NCBI GenBank assembly: GCA_053919585.1
Contig: CM132828.1
Reading direction: 5' to 3' (one strand)
DNA length: 64,000 nucleotides
Source: Euprymna scolopes
Taxonomy: Eukaryota
Positions within the stretch are counted from its first letter, which is position 1; each line of letters starts with the position of its first letter. Below are positions 53,501-64,000 of the stretch, one piece after another. The notes under the pieces were generated by a model. That model ran no database searches and had not been told where the DNA came from. It was given only the letters and a program-made list of their open reading frames with translations. Position numbers and translations under genes: made by a program.

Positions 53501-56500
53501 GCATCTTAAATGTTTGTATGGTGTTTACTTGCGTTTACAACAGGTTTGAATTATTTATGCAAAATTAATATATATTTCGTTAATGTGTCACTGTAGTTAG
53601 ATAAGCATCTTAAATGTTTGTCTGGTGTTTACTTGCGTTTACAACAGGTTTGAATTATTTATGCAAAATTAATATATGTTTCGTTAATGTGTCACTGTAG
53701 TTAGATGAGCATCTTAAATGTTTGTCTGGTGTTTACTTGCGTTTACAACAGGTTTGAATTATTTATGCAAAATTAATATATATTTCGTTAATGTGTCACT
53801 GTAGTTAGATGAGCATCTTAAATGTTTGTCTGGTGTTTACTTGCGTTTACAACAGGTTTGAATTATTTATGCAAAATTAATATATATTTCGTTAATGTGT
53901 CATTGTAGTTAGATGAGCATCTTAAATGTTTGTCTGGTGTTTACTTGCGTTTACAACAGGTTTGAATTATTTATGCAAAATTAATATATATTTCGTTAAT
54001 GTGTCACTGTAGTTAGATGAGCATCTTAAATGTTTGTCTGGTGTTTACTTGCGTTTACAACAGGTTTGAATTATTTATGCAAAATTAATATATATTTCGT
54101 TAATGTGTCATTGTAGTTAGATGAGCATCTTAAATGTTTGTCTGGTGTTTACTTGCGTTTACAACAGGTTTGAATTATTTATGCAAAATTAATATATATT
54201 TCGTTAATGTGTCACTGTAGTTAGATGACAATCTTAAATGTTTGTCTGGTGTTTACTTGCGTTTACAACAGGTTTTAATTATTTATGCAAAATTAATATA
54301 TATTTCGTTAATGTGTCATTGTAGTTAGATGAGCATCTTAAATGTTTGTCTGGTGTTTACTTGCGTTTACAACAGGTTTGAATTATTTATGCAAAATTAA
54401 TATATATTTCGTTTATGTGTCACTGTAGTTAGATGAGCATCTTAAATGTTTGTATGGTGTTTACTTGCGTTTACAACAGGTTTGAATTATTTATGCAAAA
54501 TTAATATATATTTCGTTAATGTGTCATTGTAGTTAGATGAGCATCTTAAATGTTTGTCTGGTGTTTACTTGCGTTTACAACAGGTTTGAATTATTTATGC
54601 AAAATTAATATATATTTCGTTAATGTGTCACTGTAGTTAGATGAGCATCTTAAATGTTTGTATGGTGTTTACTTGCGTTTACAACAGGTTTGAATTATTT
54701 ATGTAAAATTAATATATATTTCGTTAATGTGTCACTGTAGTTAGATGAGCATCTTAAATGTTTGTCTGGTGTTTACTTGCGTTTACAACAGGTTTGAATT
54801 ATTTATGCAAAATTAATATATATTTCGTTTATGTGTCACTGTAGTTAGATGAGCATCTTAAATGTTTGTATGGTGTTTACTTGCGTTTACAACAGGTTTG
54901 AATTATTTATGCAAAATTAATATATATTTCGTTAATGTGTCACTGTAGTTAGATGACCATCTTAAATGTTTGTCTGGTGTTTACTTGCGTTTACAACAGG
55001 TTTGAATTATTTATGCAAAATTAATATATATTTCGTTAATGTGTCACTGTAGTTAGATGAGCATCTTAAATGTTTGTATGGTGTTTACTTGCGTTTACAA
55101 CAGGTTTGAATTATTTATGTAAAATTAATATATATTTCGTTAATGTGTCACTGTAGTTAGATGAGCATCTTAAATGTTTGTCTGGTGTTTACTTGCGTTT
55201 ACAACAGGTTTGAATTATTTATGCAAAATTAATATATATTTCGTTAATGTGTCACTGTAGTTAGATGAGCATCTTAAATGTTTGTCTTGTGTTTACTTGC
55301 GTTTACAACAGGTTTTAATTATTTATGTAAAATTAATATATATTTCGTTAATGTGTCACTGTAGTTAGATGAGCATCTTAAATGTTTGTCTGGTGTTTAC
55401 TTGCGTTTACAACAGGTTTGAATTATTTATGCAAAATTAATATATATTTCGTTAATGTGTCACTGTAGTTAGATGACCATCTTAAATGTTTGTCTGGTGT
55501 TTACTTGCGTTTACAACAGGTTTGAATTATTTATGCAAAATTAATATATATTTCGTTAATGTGTCATTGTAGTTAGATGAGCATCTTAAATGTTTGTCTG
55601 GTGTTTACTTGCGTTTACAACAGGTTTGAATTATTTATGCAAAATTAATATATATTTCGTTAATGTGTCACTGTAGTTAGATGAGCATCTTAAATGTTTG
55701 TCTGGTGTTTACTTGCGTTTACAACAGGTTTGAATTATTTATGCAAAATTAATATATATTTCCTTAATGTGTCACTGTAGTTAGATGACAATCTTAAATG
55801 TTTGTCTGGTGTTTACTTGTGTTTACAACAGGTTTGAATTATTTATGCAAAATTAATATATATTTCGTTAATGTGTCACTGTAGTTAGATGAGCATCTTA
55901 AATGTTTGTCTGGTGTTTACTTGCGTTTACAACAGGTTTTAATTATTTATGCAAAATTAATATATATTTCGTTAATGTGTCACTGTAGTTAGATGAGCAT
56001 CTTAAATGTTTGTCTGGTGTTTACTTGCGTTTACAACAGGTTTGAATTATTTATGCAAAATTAATATATATTTCGTTAATGTGTCATTGTAGTTAGATGA
56101 GCATCTTAAATGTTTGTCTGGTGTTTACTTGCGTTTACAACAGGTTTGAATTATTTATGCAAAATTAATATATATTTCGTTAATGTGTCACTGTAGTTAG
56201 ATGAGCATCTTAAATGTTTGTCTGGTGTTTACTTGCGTTTACAACAGGTTTGAATTATTTATGCAAAATTAATATATATTTCGTTAATGTGTCATTGTAG
56301 TTAGATGAGCATCTTAAATGTTTGTCTGGTGTTTACTTGCGTTTACAACAGGTTTGAATTATTTATGCAAAATTAATATATATTTCGTTAATGTGTCACT
56401 GTAGTTAGATGACAATCTTAAATGTTTGTCTGGTGTTTACTTGCGTTTACAACAGGTTTGAATTATTTATGCAAAATTAATATATATTTCGTTAATGTGT

Positions 56501-59500
56501 CATTGTAGTTAGATGAGCATCTTAAATGTTTGTCTGGTGTTTACTTGCGTTTACAACAGGTTTGAATTATTTATGCAAAATTAATATATATTTCGTTAAT
56601 GTGTCACTGTAGTTAGATGAGCATCTTAAATGTTTGTATGGTGTTTACTTGCGTTTACAACAGGTTTGAATTATTTATGTAAAATTAATATATATTTCGT
56701 TAATGTGTCACTGTAGTTAGATGAGCATCTTAAATGTTTGTCTGGTGTTTACTTGCGTTTACAACAGGTTTGAATTATTTATGCAAAATTAATATATATT
56801 TCGTTAATGTGTCACTGTAGTTAGATGAGCATCTTAAATGTTTGTCTTGTGTTTACTTGCGTTTACAACAGGTTTGAATTATTTATGTAAAATTAATATA
56901 TATTTCGTTAATGTGTCACTGTAGTTAGATGAGCATCTTAAATGTTTGTCTGGTGTTTACTTGCGTTTACAACAGGTTTGAATTATTTATGCAAAATTAA
57001 TATATATTTCGTTAATGTGTCACTGTAGTTAGATGACCATCTTAAATGTTTGTCTGGTGTTTACTTGCGTTTACAACAGGTTTGAATTATTTATGCAAAA
57101 TTAATATATATTTCGTTAATGTGTCATTGTAGTTAGATGAGCATCTTAAATGTTTGTCTGGTGTTTACTTACGTTTACAACAGGTTTGAATTATTTATGC
57201 AAAATTAATATATATTTCGTTAATGTGTCACTGTAGTTAGATGAGCATCTTAAATGTTTGTCTGGTGTTTACTTGCGTTTACAACAGGTTTGAATTATTT
57301 ATGCAAAATTAATATATATTTCCTTAATGTGTCACTGTAGTTAGATGAGCATCTTAAATGTTTGTATGGTGTTTACTTGCGTTTACAACAGGTTTGAATT
57401 ATTTATGCAAAATTAATATATATTTCGTTAATGTGTCACTGTAGTTAGATAAGCATCTTAAATGTTTGTCTGGTGTTTACTTGCGTTTACAACAGGTTTG
57501 AATTATTTATGCAAAATTAATATATATTTCGTTAATGTGTCACTGTAGTTAGATGACCATCTTAAATGTTTGTATGGTGTTTACTTGCGTTTACAACAGG
57601 TTTGAATTATTTATGCAAAATTAATATATATTTCGTTAATGTGTCACTGTAGTTAGATGACCATCTTAAATGTTTGTCTGGTGTTTACTTGCGTTTACAA
57701 CAGGTTTGAATTATTTATGCAAAATTAATATATATTTCGTTAATGTGTCACTGTAGTTAGATGAGCATCTTAAATGTTTGTCTGGTGTTTACTTGCGTTT
57801 ACAACAGGTTTGAATTATTTATGCAAAATTAATATATATTTCGTTAATGTGTCACTGTAGTTAGATGAGCATCTTAAATGTTTGTCTGGTGTTTACTTGC
57901 GTTTACAACAGGTTTGAATTATTTATGCAAAATTAATATATATTTCGTTAATGTGTCATTGTAGTTAGATGAGCATCTTAAATGTTTGTCTGGTGTTTAC
58001 TTGCGTTTACAACAGGTTTGAATTATTTATGCAAAATTAATATATATTTCGTTAATGTGTCACTGTAGTTAGATGAGCATGTTAAATGTTTGTCTGGTGT
58101 TGTCTTGCGTTTACAACAGGTTTGAATTTTTTATGCAAAATTAATATATATTTCGTTAATGTGTCACTGTAGTTAGATGACAATCTTAAATGTTTGTCTG
58201 GTGTTTACTTGCGTTTACAACAGGTTTGAATTATTTATGCAAAATTAATATATATTTCGTTAATGTGTCACTGTAGTTAGATGAGCATCTTAAATGTTTG
58301 TCTGGTGTTTACTTGCGTTTACAACAGGTTTGAATTATTTATGCAAAATTAATATATATTTCGTTAATGTGTCACTGTAGTTAGATGAGCATCTTAAATG
58401 TTTGTCTGGTGTTTACTTGCGTTTACAACAGGTTTGAATTATTTATGCAAAATTAATATATATTTCGTTAATGTGTCACTGTAGTTAGATGAGCATCTTA
58501 AATGTTTGTCTTGTGTTTACTTGCGTTTACAACAGGTTTGAATTATTTATGTAAAATTAATATATATTTCGTTAATGTGTCACTGTAGTTAGATGAGCAT
58601 CTTAAATGTTTGTCTGGTGTTTACTTGCGTTTACAACAGGTTTGAATTATTTATGCAAAATTAATATATATTTCGTTAATGTGTCACTGGAGTTAGATGA
58701 CCATCTTAAATGTTTGTCTGGTGTTTACTTGCGTTTACAACAGGTTTGAATTATTTATGCAAAATTAATATATATTTCGTTAATGTGTCATTGTAGTTAG
58801 ATGAGCATCTTAAATGTTTGTCTGGTGTTTACTTGCGTTTACAACAGGTTTGAATTATTTATGCAAAATTAATATATATTTCGTTAATGTGTCACTGTAG
58901 TTAGATGAGCATCTTAAATGTTTGTCTGGTGTTTACTTGCGTTTACAACAGGTTTGAATTATTTATGCAAAATTAATATATATTTCCTTAATGTGTCACT
59001 GTAGTTAGATGACAATCTTAAATGTTTGTCTGGTGTTTACTTGCGTTTACAACAGGTTTGAATTATTTATGCAAAATTAATATATATTTCGTTAATGTGT
59101 CACTGTAGTTAGATGAGCATCTTAAATGTTTGTCTGGTGTTTACTTGCGTTTACAACAGGTTTTAATTATTTATGCAAAATTAATATATATTTCGTTAAT
59201 GTGTCACTGTAGTTAGATGAGCATCTTAAATGTTTGTCTGGTGTTTACTTGCGTTTACAACAGGTTTGAATTATTTATGCAAAATTAATATATATTTCGT
59301 TAATGTGTCATTGTAGTTAGATGAGCATCTTAAATGTTTGTCTGGTGTTTACTTGCGTTTACAACAGGTTTGAATTATTTATGCAAAATTAATATATATT
59401 TCGTTAATGTGTCACTGTAGTTAGATGAGCATCTTAAATGTTTGTCTGGTGTTTACTTGCGTTTACAACAGGTTTGAATTATTTATGCAAAATTAATATA

Positions 59501-62500
59501 TATTTCGTTAATGTGTCATTGTAGTTAGATGAGCATCTTAAATGTTTGTCTGGTGTTTACTTGCGTTTACAACAGGTTTGAATTATTTATGCAAAATTAA
59601 TATATATTTCGTTAATGTGTCACTGTAGTTAGATGACAATCTTAAATGTTTGTCTGGTGTTTACTTGCGTTTACAACAGGTTTGAATTATTTATGCAAAA
59701 TTAATATATATTTCGTTAATGTGTCATTGTAGTTAGATGAGCATTTAAATGTTTGTCTGGTGTTTACTTGCGTTTACAACAGGTTTGAATTATTTATGCA
59801 AAATTAATATATATTTCGTTAATGTGTCACTGTAGTTAGATGAGCATCTTAAATGTTTGTATGGTGTTTACTTGCGTTTACAACAGGTTTGAATTATTTA
59901 TGTAAAATTAATATATATTTCGTTAATGTGTCACTGTAGTTAGATGAGCATCTTAAATGTTTGTCTGGTGTTTACTTGCGTTTACAACAGGTTTGAATTA
60001 TTTATGCAAAATTAATATATATTTCGTTAATGTGTCACTGTAGTTAGATGAGCATCTTAAATGTTTGTCTTGTGTTTACTTGCGTTTACAACAGGTTTGA
60101 ATTATTTATGTAAAATTAATATATATTTCGTTAATGTGTCACTGTAGTTAGATGAGCATCTTAAATGTTTGTCTGGTGTTTACTTGCGTTTACAACAGGT
60201 TTGAATTATTTATGCAAAATTAATATATATTTCGTTAATGTGTCACTGTAGTTAGATGACCATCTTAAATGTTTGTCTGGTGTTTACTTGCGTTTACAAC
60301 AGGTTTGAATTATTTATGCAAAATTAATATATATTTCGTTAATGTGTCATTGTAGTTAGATGAGCATCTTAAATGTTTGTCTGGTGTTTACTTACGTTTA
60401 CAACAGGTTTGAATTATTTATGCAAAATTAATATATATTTCGTTAATGTGTCACTGTAGTTAGATGAGCATCTTAAATGTTTGTCTGGTGTTTACTTGCG
60501 TTTACAACAGGTTTGAATTATTTATGCAAAATTAATATATATTTCCTTAATGTGTCACTGTAGTTAGATGAGCATCTTAAATGTTTGTATGGTGTTTACT
60601 TGCGTTTACAACAGGTTTGAATTATTTATGCAAAATTAATATATATTTCGTTAATGTGTCACTGTAGTTAGATAAGCATCTTAAATGTTTGTCTGGTGTT
60701 TACTTGCGTTTACAACAGGTTTGAATTATTTATGCAAAATTAATATATATTTCGTTAATGTGTCACTGTAGTTAGATGACCATCTTAAATGTTTGTATGG
60801 TGTTTACTTGCGTTTACAACAGGTTTGAATTATTTATGCAAAATTAATATATATTTCGTTAATGTGTCACTGTAGTTAGATGACCATCTTAAATGTTTGT
60901 CTGGTGTTTACTTGCGTTTACAACAGGTTTGAATTATTTATGCAAAATTAATATATATTTCGTTAATGTGTCACTGTAGTTAGATGAGCATCTTAAATGT
61001 TTGTCTGGTGTTTACTTGCGTTTACAACAGGTTTGAATTATTTATGCAAAATTAATATATATTTCGTTAATGTGTCACTGTAGTTAGATGAGCATCTTAA
61101 ATGTTTGTCTGGTGTTTACTTGCGTTTACAACAGGTTTGAATTATTTATGCAAAATTAATATATATTTCGTTAATGTGTCATTGTAGTTAGATGAGCATC
61201 TTAAATGTTTGTCTGGTGTTTACTTGCGTTTACAACAGGTTTGAATTATTTATGCAAAATTAATATATATTTCGTTAATGTGTCATTGTAGTTAGATGAG
61301 CATCTTAAATGTTTGTCTGGTGTTTACTTGCGTTTACAACAGGTTTGAATTATTTATGCAAAATTAATATATATTTCGTTAATGTGTCACTGTAGTTAGA
61401 TGACAATCTTAAATGTTTGTCTGGTGTTTACTTGCGTTTACAACAGGTTTGAATTATTTATGCAAAATTAATATATATTTCGTTAATGTGTCATTGTAGT
61501 TAGATGAGCATCTTAAATGTTTGTCTGGTGTTTACTTGCGTTTACAACAGGTTTGAATTATTTATGCAAAATTAATATATATTTCGTTAATGTGTCACTG
61601 TAGTTAGATGAGCATCTTAAATGTTTGTATGGTGTTTACTTGCGTTTACAACAGGTTTGAATTATTTATGTAAAATTAATATATATTTCGTTAATGTGTC
61701 ACTGTAGTTAGATGAGCATCTTAAATGTTTGTCTGGTGTTTACTTGCGTTTACAACAGGTTTGAATTATTTATGCAAAATTAATATATATTTCGTTAATG
61801 TGTCACTGTAGTTAGATGAGCATCTTAAATGTTTGTCTTGTGTTTACTTGCGTTTACAACAGGTTTGAATTATTTATGTAAAATTAATATATATTTCGTT
61901 AATGTGTCACTGTAGTTAGATGAGCATCTTAAATGTTTGTCTGGTGTTTACTTGCGTTTACAACAGGTTTGAATTATTTATGCAAAATTAATATATATTT
62001 CGTTAATGTGTCACTGTAGTTAGATGACCATCTTAAATGTTTGTCTGGTGTTTACTTGCGTTTACAACAGGTTTGAATTATTTATGCAAAATTAATATAT
62101 ATTTCGTTAATGTGTCATTGTAGTTAGATGAGCATCTTAAATGTTTGTCTGGTGTTTACTTACGTTTACAACAGGTTTGAATTATTTATGCAAAATTAAT
62201 ATATATTTCGTTAATGTGTCACTGTAGTTAGATGAGCATCTTAAATGTTTGTCTGGTGTTTACTTGCGTTTACAACAGGTTTGAATTATTTATGCAAAAT
62301 TAATATATATTTCCTTAATGTGTCACTGTAGTTAGATGAGCATCTTAAATGTTTGTATGGTGTTTACTTGCGTTTACAACAGGTTTGAATTATTTATGCA
62401 AAATTAATATATATTTCGTTAATGTGTCACTGTAGTTAGATAAGCATCTTAAATGTTTGTCTGGTGTTTACTTGCGTTTACAACAGGTTTGAATTATTTA

Positions 62501-64000
62501 TGCAAAATTAATATATATTTCGTTAATGTGTCACTGTAGTTAGATGACCATCTTAAATGTTTGTATGGTGTTTACTTGCGTTTACAACAGGTTTGAATTA
62601 TTTATGCAAAATTAATATATATTTCGTTAATGTGTCACTGTAGTTAGATGACCATCTTAAATGTTTGTCTGGTGTTTACTTGCGTTTACAACAGGTTTGA
62701 ATTATTTATGCAAAATTAATATATATTTCGTTAATGTGTCACTGTAGTTAGATGAGCATCTTAAATGTTTGTCTGGTGTTTACTTGCGTTTACAACAGGT
62801 TTGAATTATTTATGCAAAATTAATATATATTTCGTTAATGTGTCACTGTAGTTAGATGAGCATCTTAAATGTTTGTCTGGTGTTTACTTGCGTTTACAAC
62901 AGGTTTGAATTATTTATGCAAAATTAATATATATTTCGTTAATGTGTCATTGTAGTTAGATGAGCATCTTAAATGTTTGTCTGGTGTTTACTTGCGTTTA
63001 CAACAGGTTTGAATTATTTATGCAAAATTAATATATATTTCGTTAATGTGTCACTGTAGTTAGATGAGCATGTTAAATGTTTGTCTGGTGTTGTCTTGCG
63101 TTTACAACAGGTTTGAATTATTTATGCAAAATTAATATATATTTCGTTAATGTGTCACTGTAGTTAGATGACAATCTTAAATGTTTGTCTGGTGTTTACT
63201 TGCGTTTACAACAGGTTTGAATTATTTATGCAAAATTAATATATATTTCGTTAATGTGTCACTGTAGTTAGATGAGCATCTTAAATGTTTGTCTGGTGTT
63301 TACTTGCGTTTACAACAGGTTTGAATTATTTATGCAAAATTAATATATATTTCGTTAATGTGTCACTGTAGTTAGATGAGCATCTTAAATGTTTGTCTGG
63401 TGTTTACTTGCGTTTACAACAGGTTTGAATTATTTATGCAAAATTAATATATATTTCGTTAATTTGTCACTGTAGTTAGATGAGCATCTTAAATGTTTGT
63501 CTGGTGTTTACTTGCATTTACAACAGGTTTGAATTATTTATGCAAAATTAATATATATTTCGTTAATGTGTCATTGTAGTTAGTATAGCATCTTAAATGT
63601 TTGTCTGGTGTTTACTTGCGTTTACAACAGGTTTGAATTATTTATGCAAAATTAATATATATTTCGTTAATGTGTCACTGTAGTTAGATGACCATCTTAA
63701 ATGTTTGTATGGTGTTTACTTGCGTTTACAACAGGTTTGAATTATTTATGCAAAATTAATATATATTTCCTTAATGTGTCACTGTAGTTAGATGAGCATC
63801 TTAAATGTTTGTATGGTGTTTACTTGCGTTTACAACAGGTTTGAATTATTTATGCAAAATTAATATATATTTCGTTAATGTGTCACTGTAGTTAGATAAG
63901 CATCTTAAATGTTTGTCTGGTGTTTACTTGCGTTTACAACAGGTTTGAATTATTTATGCAAAATTAATATATATTTCGTTAATGTGTCACTGTAGGTAGA
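8539..64000. repeat. 104-bp satellite DNA array, ~530 head-to-tail monomers, running off the window end; candidate centromeric or pericentromeric satellite
   Basis: Consensus TACTTGCGTTTACAACAGGTTTGAATTATTTATGCAAAATTAATATATATTTCGTTAATGTGTCACTGTAGTTAGATGAGCATCTTAAATGTTTGTCTGGTGTT (unit starts 8541, 8645, 8749). Most monomers differ from it by 0-3 changes. One orientation throughout, no insertions seen, no ORFs in the track. Confidence 0.99.

Noticed and set aside
8539-64000. CRISPR array
   Set aside because: Monomers are contiguous with no unique spacers, there are no cas genes, and the context is eukaryotic.

Overview
Eukaryotic, very AT-rich, repeat-only window with no host gene. It looks like the edge of a large heterochromatic, possibly centromeric or pericentromeric, satellite block of an invertebrate animal (the taxon is inference only). 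From left to right it contains: AT-rich sequence; a 183-bp MITE with perfect 29-bp TIRs inside an (AAT)n microsatellite; compound microsatellites; a 78-bp (2x39) minisatellite array (~0.83-3.47 kb) with two N-gaps and a CR1/L2-group LINE 3' end; a structurally complete but decayed 4.7-kb Ty3/Gypsy LTR retrotransposon (3471-8182; Mag-like, single gag-pol frame, tRNA-Ser PBS, PPT, ~96% identical LTRs, no TSD); a second, more decayed LINE 3' end; and an uninterrupted head-to-tail 104-bp satellite from ~8.54 kb to the window end (~530 monomers) with nested 2- to 160-monomer duplications. The most interesting signal is in the Gypsy element. A strong splice donor sits exactly at the Gag/protease boundary (CAG|GTAAG, 4672/4673) and a strong acceptor sits just after the pol stop (polypyrimidine-TAG|G, 7841/7842). 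Joining them removes all of pol, rebuilds the same Gly codon and places TGA immediately after it, which predicts a Gag-only spliced mRNA. All counts and alignments were made by eye.
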